A stretch of 63,756 bases of DNA, filler included, from Octopus bimaculoides (taxonomy: Eukaryota), in the NCBI RefSeq assembly GCF_001194135.2. It is 8 parts of 8 records of this genome, joined end to end, with 100 filler letters (N's around TTAATTAATTAA, not from the genome) between each part and the next. Parts side by side here need not be neighbours in the genome. Positions count along the whole stretch, not along the records: positions 1 to 9,515 come from NC_068983.1; positions 9,616 to 13,781 come from NC_068981.1; 6 more parts are not named here. One strand, written 5' to 3'. The notes below the pieces were generated by a model. That model saw nothing but the letters and a program-made list of their open reading frames with translations. It made no database searches and had not been told where the DNA came from. A program made the position numbers and the translations under genes. Positions 1 through 13,400 of this stretch are shown in pieces; the stretch's first letter is position 1, and each line of letters starts with the position of its first letter.

Positions 1-743
1 TATATATATATATATATATGTGTGCGTGTATATAATATAATGGATAAATCTGCTTATTAATTACCAGAAATTTCTTGGAACATGAATTTATGAAAATATT
101 TCCAGATGGTGAAGCCTTTAATTGTTTTCTTTTAGTAAATGGTACATGTAACAAGTTACTAAAAGAAAGCTTGACTGTCTGGAAATTAAAAAAAACAATT
201 ATGTTGTAAGAAATTTCCTGTAATTTCGATTTCTGAAGGTTATTGAATATTTGAACTACAAGCTTTTCACCATTTTACGTATTCGTAGCATTCACCGCGG
301 AGTAGATTTAATAAACTATATTAATTGGTTGCAGGCGAAATTTTCCTTTTTCATTAGCAACAGTCTTTCACTTTCTCTTGCCTCTATTTTCATTAATGAG
401 AATTTGTTATATATTCATTTCAGGTTTTAATGCGCGGCATTTTGTCGCTTGAACCCGCACACTCCATTAATTTCTGTAATTTTCATTTATGTATTTTTGT
501 ATGTAAGTTTGTATAAATTTATGTACGTGTGTATGTTTGTGTGACTATGTGCATACATAAACACATAGGTATACGTCTTTTTTTTGTATGTATCTGAGCG
601 CGTGTGCGTGAGAGAGAGAGAGAGAGATTTTTAAGTGGCACTCACTCTTTCTCTCACACACACATAGCACACAAACATGCACAATGATGTATGCAAGTTG
701 ACTTTTGTATGTACGTATACATGACAACATACCCCTTCACTCA

Positions 744-782
<39 letters not shown>

Positions 783-1317
783 CCACACACACACACACAA
801 ACACCCCACACACGTCAATTTCATATACACGTACATACATCCTTCACTTCTCTCGCTTAAAAACAAAATTAAATAAATAACAAATCCTTACAGAAATTAA
901 CGAACAAAGCCAGGTGTTCATGTTGGCAAATTAAAGATAGATTACAAATACAATAAATTATTGAAAGAGATACTTACTAAGTGAGTGAGATATTTTATAA
1001 ATTGAAGTATTCAAGAATTTTTATTTTCTGAACTATCTTTCGTTATTGAGCATTTCATGTTCGCAAATTTAAATATTCGGTGCGAATATCTATTTACACG
1101 AGTTTTTCATTTCATGTTTATTTCATACATTGTTTTAAATGCTCTTTCTACACCTCTCTCATTCTTAGAGACACACTGTCCCTATAATATAAAGACACAC
1201 AAACTCCAGGTTTGATTTAGTTATTGTACAAATATAACATAAAATTTTGCAATTCAGCATGAGACTTTCCCCAAAATATGCAACTGAATACATCAATGTG
1301 GAAATATTATCACGTGG

Positions 1318-1357
<40 letters not shown>

Positions 1358-1882
1358 NNNNNNNNNNNNNNNNNNNNNNNNNNNNNNNNNNNNNNNNNNN
1401 NNNNNNNNNNNNNNNNNNNNNNNNNNNNNNNNNNNNNNNNNNNNNNNNNNNNNNNNNNNNNNNNNNNNNNNNNNNNNNNNNNNNNNNNNNNNNNNNNNNN
1501 NNNNNNNNNNNNNNNNNNNNNNNNNNNNNNNNNNNNNNNNNNNNNNNNNNNNNNNNNNNNNNNNNNNNNNNNNNNNNNNNNNNNNNNNNNNNNNNNNNNN
1601 NNNNNNNNNNNNNNNNNNNNNNNNNNNNNNNNNNNNNNNNNNNNNNNNNNNNNNNNNNNNNNNNNNNNNNNNNNNNNNNNNNNNNNNNNNNNNNNNNNNN
1701 NNNNNNNNNNNNNNNNNNNNNNNNNNNNNNNNNNNNNNNNNNNNGAAATGAAGTCGATTTGAACGTTTAAACCCCTACGGTAGAACTCTGTCATTGCTCC
1801 AGTCTGACGACTGAAAGAGGCAAGGGGAGAAAGTGCACTAACATTTCCATATTCCTTTTTTTTTTTTTTTTGAGGCAAACCG

Positions 1883-2030
1883 TACGAGGGGATGATGCAA
1901 AGTTCCCGGCTTCGGAAAAAATAAAACACAGGATGATAAGTTAATTATGATTTACTTAGCGTATTTCTCCCTCAGATTCGTTCACTGATTGCAACGTTGC
2001 TTCAGGTTTTCTAACCCCTGTAAATGAACT
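1883..2030. mobile_element. Probable mariner-type terminal fragment (one TIR, no partner seen)
   Basis: Begins TA|CGAGGGGATGATGCAAAGTTCCCGGC, resembling mariner TIRs; no transposase ORF nearby. Confidence 0.35.
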
Positions 2031-3304
2031 GGGAAATTTAAGCCTCCAATCAGGCCTTTCGTGAGACTCTGTCAGCCAGAAATTTATGAGCACACCCTCA
2101 TATATCGCATTAGTCATAATAAATCCTTCTTGCTACATCTTTTCTATCTCACTTATCTACATGATTTTGATGATCACTATAATCCCTAATGCGATAATAA
2201 TGCTAATAATCATCACTGACGTATAAATTGGGGTAACATACATAGTCTGCCTATCAGCGTTGACTTCGTTTAAAACTCGAATTCATATGTGCATATTGTT
2301 TAGAATAATGTTATGTCGTAATATTATCTACTTAATCATACTGTTGTATCTAATTAAGCATGAATCATCTAGAAAATGAGTTATGAGTAACAGTATATTT
2401 ATAAAACTACTAGGCTATATACATAACCGGAAATATACATATTTCGCAGATAGGCAATCATGATACATAATACTGAAGATCCTTATAAGATATTTCATGT
2501 GCTGCTGAAGACTTTGAAAAAATAAGTAAAGAAACAAAAAAGATTTTCAAATATGACTAAGGTTGCATTCATATAAATCACTGCTATTTCTCGTATGCTG
2601 AAATCCACTATCAGTTATTAATATTTCATCTGTGTAATTTTATATTCTCTAACCAAGCATATTTACGTTCAAAGTTCGTGGCAATTGTATCTTTTGATGA
2701 GTTTGTACGAGTACTTCATTTTAGGAGCTCTTTACTTATTTAAAATAATACACTACGGTTTTAGATGGCCTTTGATACTATTTTCTGCAAAAAATAATAA
2801 AAGTTTCCCTCCATGACTTATGTATATAATATTAGCATTAATTTTGATCCAATCACTACGAGTATTACTATTCTTAATATCCATTTATACGCACATATAT
2901 TTGTCAATACGACTGCGTATAAAATAACAGTATCACTCTTTTTACTACAGAGATATTTGATGGCATATTTTCAGTTAGCAGTTAGCGAGTCCAAAACGGT
3001 TTTCGTCCGATTTTTATACCGATCAATGAACAGGAACTAGATTATGCTTTAATCCAGTCCTTTTAGAAGTATGATTAATATTACAGCGGAAAGGTTTTCA
3101 AAATGGAGGAACATGATTCTATCCCCTAATGAATGTAGAGATAAATGAACTTGTAACAAGTCATAAGCAATTCCAACGAATACTGACCACGTTTATAGTT
3201 TTTCACTATATTGTTTATATGATAAAATGTTTCACATAGGTGGGTTTATGTTGATTATAAAATGAGATGATAAATTACAATAATTAAAATATTGATTTAA
3301 AATT

Positions 3305-3478
3305 TTGGTATAAGGCCAGCAATTTCGACGGAGTCGGTAAGTACACAATTTGTACTTATTTTATCGGACCCGAAAGGTTGAAAGACACAGTCGACAGCGG
3401 CAGCATTTGAACTCAGAATATAAAGACGGATAGGTTGCCGCTAGACATATTGTCTGACGTACTAACGATTCCGCTTTT
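3305..3478 (-). mobile_element. tRNA-derived SINE (family A), decayed
   Basis: Reverse complement of the B-box-like 'ttctgagttcaaat..gccg..gtcgact..tttca' motif shared with copies at about 10265, 28976, 36020, 36340, 43190, 45260 and 48925. Confidence 0.7.
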
Positions 3479-3996
3479 TATAGCCGCCTTATTATAATTA
3501 TAATATTAAGATTTTAAGATTGTTTTAATTTGTTCAACTAACTCAACAGTTTGGCAAGAAACGAAAATTATTGGAATGCAAGTCGAAGGTTCAGCAAGAA
3601 ACGAAAATTATATAAATGCGAGTCGAAAGGATGAATAGTACAATCCATACTGGTAATTTCGATTGCTTGAGATTGGTTATTGAACCACGTCGAAAAGCGA
3701 CGTCGACGACGATCACGAAGACGTGGACCTCAAGAAAGAACGACGACAATGACGACGATGATGATGATGACAACGACGATGTTGATGCTGAGAAGGGCTT
3801 GATATTTCTTCTTTGAGACCCATTGATCTAATATAAACTTTACTAATGAAACTCTTTTCCCCATCTTTGATTTCTTTAACTGTCCTCGAAATTTAGTAAA
3901 TAAATTAGTGCTGTTATTGTTAGTACCTGTGTTATTATTCATACTACTATTGCAATCTCTACATCACACATAAGCATCTTATTGATATATAAGCAC

Positions 3997-4097
3997 CTTA
4001 TTATTGTCCCGTTTTATGTTGTCAAATTGTTTGCTGTTCCTCAAAGACAGGTTAGAATGATCGATTTCGATTAAGTTAATATCAAACTGGAGATCAG
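3997..4097 (-). CDS. Candidate internal exon, possibly FKBP-type PPIase C-terminus leading into an EF-hand (ADLQFDINLIEIDHSNLSLRNSKQFDNIKRDNNK)
   Basis: Acceptor ttctggcttttgtag|CT, weak donor AAG|gtgctt, open frame; ADLQFDINLIEI resembles the FKBP motif A(D/T)LxFDVELLxI; no partner exons found. Confidence 0.25.
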
Positions 4098-4957
4098 CTA
4101 CAAAAGCCAGAACGAAGGGGATTCCAGTAAAATGACGTAACGTCTCGATGGTGTTAAAACAAGGAAGGAAATATGTCAACAGAGTATCATCATAGCCACG
4201 GTTGCGATTATAATTGTCAGAGAACACGTTACTGGGTCACTATTGACCGTGTTGTTATGTTCGATAGATTTGTGCTTTGTCTATATGATACTGATAATGT
4301 TAATGTAGTTAATGTAAACTTCATGAGTTTTCTGTTTAACTTTGGTGTTTCTTTCTTATTTTCGATGATGTTCGAGAAAGGCTTCTACTGCTTTTACTTG
4401 TAAGTAGATTATTGACTTTTAGTGTAATATTATTGGGTTAATATTTGATATATCGCCATGGACGTTGTCTTCATCGCTATCAGTATCGACAATATCGGTA
4501 CAATTGATAAAAGGTCTCTGTACTAATTAACGATTCTTGGATTATTGGTGCAGAGCCATTGTTATTTCCACCAAGCAACAATGACGTATTAATTTATTTT
4601 ACGTTGATATTAATCTTTCACTGTAAATTCTGGCTATATGAGACGAAGACATTTAGAGTCGTTGTCAAATACACAGAGACGAACTATAATTGCTTTCTTT
4701 CGATGATAACGAAGGAATAAATATTTCCTTCGTGGCCTTTCGTTATAATCTATATCCCCATTCAAGTTTGATATAACAGTGAATTAATTATTCTGAACTA
4801 ACGTTAATATATGTTTGCATTACACAAACACACACACACATAGACGCACAAGACACTTGCCCAAGGTATCATGCAGTGGAACTGAACCTGGTTGGGGATC
4901 AAGCATCTTAGCACGCAACCACGACTAAGCCTCAGATACATATATACTTATACATAG

Positions 4958-4990
<33 letters not shown>

Positions 4991-5238
4991 NNNNNNNNNN
5001 NNNNNNNNNNNNNNNNNNNNNNNNNNNNNNNNNNNNNNNNNNNNNNNNNNNNNNNNNNNNNNNNNNNNNNNNNNNNNNNNNNNNNNNNNNNNNNNNNNNN
5101 NNNNNNNNNNNNNNNNNNNNNNNNNNNNNNNNNNNNNNNNNNNNNNNNNNNNNNNNNNNNNNNNNNNNNNNNNNNNNNNNNNNNNNNNNNNNNNNNNNNN
5201 NNNNNNNNNNNNNNNNNNNNNNNNNNNNNNNNNNNNNN

Positions 5239-5274
<36 letters not shown>

Positions 5275-5619
5275 TACATACACATATATATATATCTATG
5301 TATATATACACACATATATATATATGTATATATATATGTGTGTGTGCGTGTTTCTGTATTTATATATAGTTGTCAACACGATGAAATATAAATTGAGAAA
5401 GGTTTAATAATATTTATTTCGAGAAAGCCCTCCCTCCGTCATCATTACCTCCTCTCTGCATCCGCTATGTTCACATCAAAACATATCTAATCAAGACGAG
5501 GGTAAATGAGGTGTTTGTTCGTGTTATCGAGTTCAACTATATTAATTTCAAACCATAAACATACATACTTACTGTCGCTCATACACGCATATATATATAT
5601 ATAGATATAAATAAGTATC

Positions 5620-5663
5620 CCTATATTTCTGTCTATCTATCTGTCTGTCTATCTATCTATCTA

Positions 5664-5720
<57 letters not shown>

Positions 5721-5870
5721 ATGTATGTTTGTATGTCTGTCTGTTGGTCTGTCTGTCGGTCTGTCTGTCATTCTGTCTGTCCGTCTGTCTATCTGTTTAT
5801 CTATATATGTGTGTACGTGTGTGTGAGTGTGTGTGTGTGTATGTGTGTGTGTGTGTGTGTGTGTGCATAT
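5620..5870. repeat. Compound microsatellite (TCTA)n/(TCTG)n/(TG)n
   Basis: Direct reading. Confidence 0.95.
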
Positions 5871-6480
5871 GTGGTGTTTATCTTGAGTACGTGTGGTACA
5901 TATATGCAGTGCGTCTGGGGAACATGCTTATTTGCAAGATGTCGCTGGACTTGAATTTTCTTTCCAACCTGTCGGGGTAGCTAAAATCAGAGAAATAACC
6001 TTGTGAACAAGATAGATAACCTTCAAACTTCTTGAACGTCAATGACAAGAAATTTGCTAAAAATACGAAAAGCATCTCAGTGAGGAGACAGATTCGAATT
6101 CTTTCTTGTAGTCCGGCCACATTAATACTAGGTTCCCACAATGTTCTCGCACCCCCGCCATTTTTTATCAAAAATTGCTCGGCCGTCCCCAAACTGTTGG
6201 TTCTATTGTTTGATGTTATTTGTTCTGCAATGATCTTGGAGGAAGAGGTTTAAATATACCGTATATATTTTATACATTAAACCCTGGTGTGCAATTGACC
6301 GGTAGTCTATTGCCATATCGGTGGTACGGGTTAACATTCATGTCACTGCAGGTATGTATGCAGGTATGAGTGTATTGCTTTTAGAAACATGTTTCCTTAA
6401 TAAACATTAGGAACAAACTGCTAGCTTATACAGAAAGTTTAAGTTCTTCAGCTTTGATATTTACTCTCCCCCTATAGTTG

Positions 6481-6900
6481 AAACGGAGCCTCATACGTAG
6501 TTAAGAGGAATTTCAACCATGTTTCGTGGTCTGCTACCACAACAGCTCCTTTATAGGATCCAGTTAGCTCAAGACATCATCAGGAGGAACCACGTCCGGT
6601 TTCGGCCCCTACTCCTCTACCGTTTTGACGTGGCGGGGCCACCCCCTTTCGGAGGTGTCTTCAGCTCTGGTGTTGGGTCCATGTCTTCTTTCACTGTTTG
6701 TGACTGTTCTAATTCAACTGTGGGATGTCCCTCGCTATGGTTATTTTCCAGGAGGTTCTGGCCACACGTCTTACGGTTCATCAACCCGCGTTGTTGAATT
6801 ACTTTTTTCCGACATACCTTCCCTTGGTGGATTAGGATCCAGTTAGCTCAAGACATCATCAGGAGGAACCACGTCCGGTTTCGGCCCCTACTCCTCTTGC
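6481..6900 (-). mobile_element. Penelope-like element end remnant with a 65-bp direct repeat
   Basis: Identical 65-mer at 6554-6618 and 6833-6897; minus strand carries CTGATGA/CTGAAGA and GAAAC motifs typical of PLE terminal repeats. Confidence 0.5.
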
Positions 6901-7492
6901 GAACTTAGGAGCAAGGATCAATATGTTTGGGAACTGCGATTTTCGTACTGCCATTTCAGTTACTGAATAGTTCAACATTCTGACACTCTTATAATTTATA
7001 TAATTTTAACGTCGTCTACTAATTACGATAAAAATTTATGTATATTTCGTAAACAATATTATTATCCGATTATGATTTTATGAAAGAAATATTTTAATCT
7101 TTCATACATTGTTATTCAAGATTTTTATGATGCTATATATCATTTTGTGTTTTTATTACAAAGAATTATGATGGTTTTTAATCTTCGAATAAAGGCTAAT
7201 TAAGAAAAACTAAACCTTCGGCTGTTTTAAATATTCAATAAATTATGAACTGCTTATTTTCTATGTACGTTTCTCAGTGGGTCCAAAATCCTAATCACAC
7301 ATTAATCAAACGGTAAATAGGTCTATTTTAAAAATGTTCCATTGAAAGTTGACCGTCTAAATATGACTGTTATACATATAGCATTCTTTCCTCTACTACT
7401 CTTTCTCTTAAATTGTTATGATTTAAGCGTACCATTCTATATAAGTAAATTAAAGATTCAAACATTCACGACGTTATCGCTTTATATATCAA

Positions 7493-9515
7493 CTAGCAGT
7501 ATAGCCCGGCGTTTCCCGGGATTAAGATAGGCTTATTAAGTGATCAGGTGCTATATTTCAAACTAAAATAAGTGACACTGACATAAAATGTGAGCGAAAT
7601 CCGTTGAAATTGGTAAACGTTTGGCTGAAAATGGGTTGCAGGCAATTTGATTGGGAAATCCCATGAGGAATCAGTTTATCGATTATTTCCACTCATCGAT
7701 TGTTTTTTGTGGGGAACTTAAAGCATTCAAAGATCGCAATTTTAGTGGGAAATCCTATAAGGAATCGCTTTATCAATTTTTTCATCCTGATTGAATGGAA
7801 AACCCGAAATGGATGCCTTGGCATTTATTGTTGAACATGGCGAAGCATGGTCTCACCGGGAACTGCAATCTGCAGAAGTTAAATGGCATGTCTGACCCCA
7901 AGGGATAAAGCTGCATCCTTGAAATGAAAACATTTTCACTCCTCTCGCACCCTGTAACAATAGTGGCCTCGATCAAGTGGGGCATCAATGATTTGATTAC
8001 TAAGCAGGTCCCGTTGCACTATTTAGTCGGAAGCAAGTTTCTGATTAGCATAATTGGGCATCCAACCCTTAGCTTAAGAATGTGAGGTAGAAGCCCTGCT
8101 GGCTCCAATGAGTTGAGAAATTCGATAACGTAATTAACAATATCTTGGGAGTCAGAGGCCGGTCAATCGATTTGTAGATGCGCCCCTCACTCAGAATTCG
8201 TCTTATGAAGTGGTCGTTGATAGCACTGACAGCTTCATTTTTTTTTTGGGGGGGGGGGCAGGATGGTTCTTTTACTGAGCCAATTGATGTCTGCATAATT
8301 ACGTTCCAGATTGGGGAACACTGTTGCCGAACACTCGGAAGGGTTGTCCACGGTGTTGCACAGTTCAGAGATGGATATGTCGCCCCTATCATTCCTAGGG
8401 ACCATGCGTTCTCCAAGGGCTAAAATGTCTTCATTAAATGCTGCATACGTGCTATCACCAACCAAATGCACATGCATGTTTGTGCTTAGGCTTAAGGTCT
8501 TAATCTGGAGACACAATGACTTAAGGCATGCACGCACTTCATCAGCCCGACTCCCTTTAAGGATGACAGGAAGGGATTGCGGAAATCTCCTGAAAGCAAT
8601 AGAGTTGCACCACCCATAGAAGCTGTATAATCCCTGATACCTTTCAGTGACCGATCCAATGCTTCAAGTGCACCTTATTGGTCATTGTGCATTCGTCACA
8701 TACAATGAAACGGCATTGTTTAAGAACTCCAGCTTCCTCTGAATTTTTGCCAATGTTGCAAGTAGGAACCTCGGCTCTCACCAAATGTAAAGGCGGCTTG
8801 AATGCCGAGTGCGCCGTCCTACCTCCCGGCAATAACGTAGCAACGATTCCCGAGGAAACAATGTCTAGCGCAATTTGTTTCTCGCGACGAATCTTAGAAA
8901 GTATTAATTGTGTTACAAAGGATTTGCCGGTATCTCTAGCAGCATCGAAGACAAAAATGTCGCCCGCCTGTTTTTGAACGACACTGACGACAGTTTCGTA
9001 CGCCAGCCTCTGATCAGGGAGCAATTTCGGTTGATTTACTCTCAGGGACTCCGCAAGGCCATCAGCGTCATACGACAACTCCAGAAGTAACTTTGGTGGG
9101 AGTGTGTTAACGTCCTGTCGCAATAAGGATGGCATACCGAATGTGTTCAACGCCACCCCAACCATTTTGAGCAGGGCATCCTCGATTTCAATCAGCGCAT
9201 TATTGTAGATCAGGTCATTATATCTATTGTCAGTATTAGGGCACTGTTGCTATGCCAGTCATCATTTGCCTTGACCACCGAAAAAACAAAATTACGTACA
9301 GAGAATTTCATAAATAAAAATGAATGGAAACAAGGTTGGTAAATTTTTAGATTAACACTTGCACGATTTTCACTAAAAAAAGAAATCGGATTTTTTGGGT
9401 GGAATCAATTACCCTGGCCTCCAAATATGCCACAAAACCCTTTTTGTGGTCCGAAAAACGTGGTGCGAAAGCCTCAGAAATCACCCCTATACCCATTGAT
9501 CTTTTCACTATCTAT
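7493..9515 (-). mobile_element. Helitron, non-autonomous deletion derivative with PIF1-family helicase remnants
   Basis: Peptides DAARDTGKSF (Walker A-like), SSGIVATLLPGGRTAHSAFK, IVCDECTM and LQFPVRPCFAMFNNKCQG across frames 7782-9165; 3' hairpin CCCGG-GAAACG-CCGGG (7505-7520), then CTAG|T at 7493-7496; 5' end runs into a gap. Confidence 0.88.
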
Positions 9516-9559
9516 NNNNNNNNNNNNNNNNNNNNNNNNNNNNNNNNNNNNNNNNNNNN

Positions 9560-9571
9560 TTAATTAATTAA
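9560..9571. other. Artificial gap spacer TTAATTAATTAA between N runs (also 13826, 33399, 47127, 53677, 57992, 62511)
   Basis: Identical 12-mer with stops in all six frames, always centred in N runs; assembly artefact. Confidence 0.95.
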
Positions 9572-9736
9572 NNNNNNNNNNNNNNNNNNNNNNNNNNNNN
9601 NNNNNNNNNNNNNNNCGCCACGCATCCATTTCCAAGTAAGTTTATCTTAATATTTTTGATGCGACTCTACTCTTTATTGTTCTCTAACCTATTGTTTTCT
9701 ATCTGTCGCTCTCTCTCCCTGTTTTCCTTCACTATT

Positions 9737-9771
<35 letters not shown>

Positions 9772-9929
9772 ATCGTTTCTCCAACGTGACCATCGTCCAT
9801 CTTTCTTTCCCACAGGTGATCATCTTTCTTTTCCTTCAGTGCTGTCGTAGAGACTGCATGTATCCTATCTGTCTCTCTTGTCTATCTTTTCTCTTGTCAA
9901 AGACAATATTTCTGCAGCGTTTGCTACTT

Positions 9930-10258
9930 TACCTCGTCTGGTCTAACGACCCTCCATGTTTGTTTTCATTCGGTTTCCTTGTATGTCTCTACTGTCCTCT
10001 TTTTGTTGCCAGCTTTGACCTTCCGCAAATCCCAGACTGTATTTTTGTTTTTTGCGGGAGCAACTACCTTCCAAGTCTCATATTGTCGTTCAATGCTCGA
10101 AATGGGGAGTAGATGGACAACTGACAACTGATGAAAAATCGTTCTTTATGTTCCTTGTTCTGTTTTCCATTTGTTTCTCTCCTTGTTTGCGTACCCAACT
10201 CATTTGTTTTTGTATTTCATGTTTACGGTTTGTGACGTCCTCTACCCATACATGCATA
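9930..10258 (+). mobile_element. Non-autonomous repeat, probably PLE-related (homologous inverted copy at about 14945-15240)
   Basis: Shared gggagcaa...tattgt(c/t)gtt..aatgct.gaaat...caactgatgaa..tcgttctttatg between the two copies. Confidence 0.55.
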
Positions 10259-10264
10259 TNNNNN

Positions 10265-10390
10265 NNNNNACCCCAGTGCTCACCTGGTAATTATTTTATC
10301 GTCTCGACGGAATTTGAACTCAGAACGTAAAGAAGGTTGAAAAGCTGCTTTGTATCTTTGCCCGACGTGCTAAAGTTTCCGCCAGCTCAC
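10265..10390 (-). mobile_element. SINE family A fragment
   Basis: gtctcgacggaatttgaactcagaacgtaaag...gtgctaaagtttccgccagctcacc matches the other copies. Confidence 0.7.
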
Positions 10391-10404
10391 CTTATATACT
10401 GTAC

Positions 10405-10428
10405 ATAGATAGAATAGAATAGAATAGA

Positions 10429-10498
<70 letters not shown>
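10405..10498. repeat. (ATAGA)n/(ATAG)n microsatellite
   Basis: Direct reading. Confidence 0.95.
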
Positions 10499-10499
<1 letters not shown>

Positions 10500-13400
10500 T
10501 TAAACTGTTTTGACAGGCTTGTGTGGTTAAGAAGGTCACTTCTTCAGATCTACGTGCTTCAGAGTTTGACCCCACTACGCACACCTAGCGTAAGTATATT
10601 CTACCATATCATCGGTTTCACCAATTCCATCTCAGCGAAATTACATAAAACAGCATGAAAATATTATTATTTTATTCAGTGGACTAGACCAAGAAAGTGT
10701 GGTAACGTTGGATGATTTTAAAATGTTTTCCTTCTAAACTAAATATAATTGTTAACAGAAAAATATGACAAATCTTTAATAGTAAAAATTAAACACAAGC
10801 ATAGTAATGCCTTCAATGCAGGTTTGAAGAAAAGGCTCATCGCTACATACACACACGCATATGCACACTTTTATATGCTTTTATATGTTTTTGTGTATGT
10901 ACAGTGAACAGCTTTATTTTCAGCTTTGTGATATATGCGTATGTGTGTGTGTGCGTGTGTGTGTGTGCGCGCGCGCTTGCATGCGTGTGTGTGTGTGTGT
11001 GTGTATGTGTGTAATTTTGAATAAAGTCAAGATGTCTGTAATCTTTTCAAGCGAGGAAGATAAAGGGAACCAAACTGGCTGCACTGTATTATTTGTGAAT
11101 ATTTATCAAACACACTTTGAAAGAAAGCGTAATAGCGAATCTTATTCCAATGAGATTTGATCCCAAAGCATGAAAATATATTTTGTGAAACATTCAGTTT
11201 GATATTCTGTTCGTTCTGCAAATTCCCATAAATTGCCATCGAGTCTGATTGTTTGATTATAACAGCAGCAGAAGAAAATTGATCTGGAATGAGATTTCAT
11301 TCGGAATGGTTATCAGCAACGTTACTCTCATCTCCTCATCTACGATATCAAATCTGATTAAATTCCTGTTTGATTGCTTGATCGAGTGATTGATTGTTTT
11401 CTTGAGAATCCGCCTCTTGTGTCTTTTCAAGACTACTGAAGTGAAGAAGTCTAGATGTTTCTTTTGTTTGTCTAATTAATGATTAGCTACGAAAAAAATT
11501 AATATTGTGTTGTTAAAAATATTCTATTTTTTGTAGAAAATCTGAATATTCGGTGCGTATTTCGTATAGATGCAACCTACGAGTCTCACGTAGCATGAAA
11601 TCAGTTAAATGATGTTAATGTTTGAAAGAACATTTGAGCAATGTTGGTGAGAAGGTAGGCAAATTATGTATGACGCCAACAAATAAAAAGGAAATGAAAA
11701 GTTAGTATTGTCTTTAATATGTTGCTTATGTGTGTGCGTGTATGTGTGTGTGGGGGGTATAATATTTCAGAAAAGATTTCTTCTCTCTCGAGAAGAAATA
11801 AAATTATCTAAGAATTCGAAAAAAATGATAGTTCAGAGCATCCTAAAGTGTTGTGACAAAATCAAATAGACAAAGAAAACATAAGGCAATAGAAAAATAT
11901 ACATATACAAACTTGAACCTATCAACAAAAGTTTATAGAATTATTTAGTGATGTTTTTGATTGTGATCAATGGTTGAGCTAAATATATTCAAATATTGAT
12001 TACATATTCTTCTACTGGTTTCAATGATTCGAGTGAAGGCAGCTGGTGAGATCAATTATATCAATCCACAGAACTTAGACTTGTAATCGTTTTATCTATA
12101 TGTATTTATAGCTAGACTCACCGTTTTAAGTCAGGAAAGTAAACCAGTGTGAGTATGCAAAAAGTATATGTGCATACACACACGTTATAGAGTGTCTGGA
12201 AACTAATTTGTTTTTTAAAGGAAAAGAAAAAGACAGCAAATTTTCGATTCCTCGTTTAAAAATTGTGTATTTATTCCCATAAAACATTTTATATACCTTT
12301 TCAACATCTTTACTCAATAACTGCATTTGCGATCGAAACAAGTGATGACCCGTAGATGCTCAATCAGGTTAACATGGGTGTTGTGTAAAAACGATATTAT
12401 CTTTTCATGCCTTTGTCTTGAAAAATGAGATCTTTAGGTGACGTGTTGAAAGGGCTGACTTCTGTTTTTCAAAGTTAGCTACACTCTGAAAGTAATCTAT
12501 TGTTTCAAATAAACGTATGTAACCATGATCTTCCCGTGTTCCAGTGCGTCTTAATGGAAGACATTGTTCATGTTCCACCAGTCTAACATCGGTCTTGGTG
12601 TTGGCACTGTATTGTCATCTACTGACAGTGAAATTTTGAGTTCTGTTTTCAAGCTCATAAAAGTGCCACATTCTCTCTTTACCCTTTCTTCTTGTTCGAG
12701 GAAAGAAATTCGTTGTCAATTGAATATGACACTTTCAGATTCTATGCAAATCTATGGATCTTCGATGAGAGTTATTTTTTCATATATCCATAGATGGCCT
12801 TTTGATTATGCAATAGAATTAAGGAAAAGTGCGCGAAAACAACGCTAATAGGAAAGAATGTCGTCCTTCTGAGCTTGAGAAGAATATCTGTATAAAAACA
12901 AAATAAACGAGAGTTGAAATACTAAGACAGGAGCTGAAAAGACTCAAATGATTAAGTGAGCTGTTAGGTCCAAAATGGTTGGATGGATGGATGGTTGAAG
13001 AAACAGGATGGTCACGTGGTATCTTTAAGGCAGAAGACGGAAGAGCGGATAATGGAAGGTAGAAAGAAGAGCAGAGAGTGACAGAGGGCAGGTTCGTATA
13101 AAGAGAAGAAAGACGGAGTTGGAATAGACGAAAGAAAGAGTAGAGAAAGTTAGAGAAGAACAGATATAGAGAAAGAAAGAGCGTGAAAAGAGAAAGAGAT
13201 AAAGACAATCACTTAATAATTGAAAAAGATGGACAGAGGAAGAAAACGAAAAGTAAATAAAGAAACAGGTGGACAGATAGAAGGAAATATAGAAATATAA
13301 ATAGAGTTTTTTTAAACAAAACAAGAAAAAGCGAGAAGTTAAGTTAGAAGAATAGACTGAAGAAGCAATAGAGAAGTTAGATAATAGTGAAGAGAAGATA

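Noticed and set aside
8644-9165. Cellular PIF1 gene
   Set aside because: Frameshifts, degenerate Walker A, no introns, and Helitron termini
12540-12720. 54-aa minus-strand open frame (QRISFLEQEERVKRECG...)
   Set aside because: No convincing splice sites or recognisable motif
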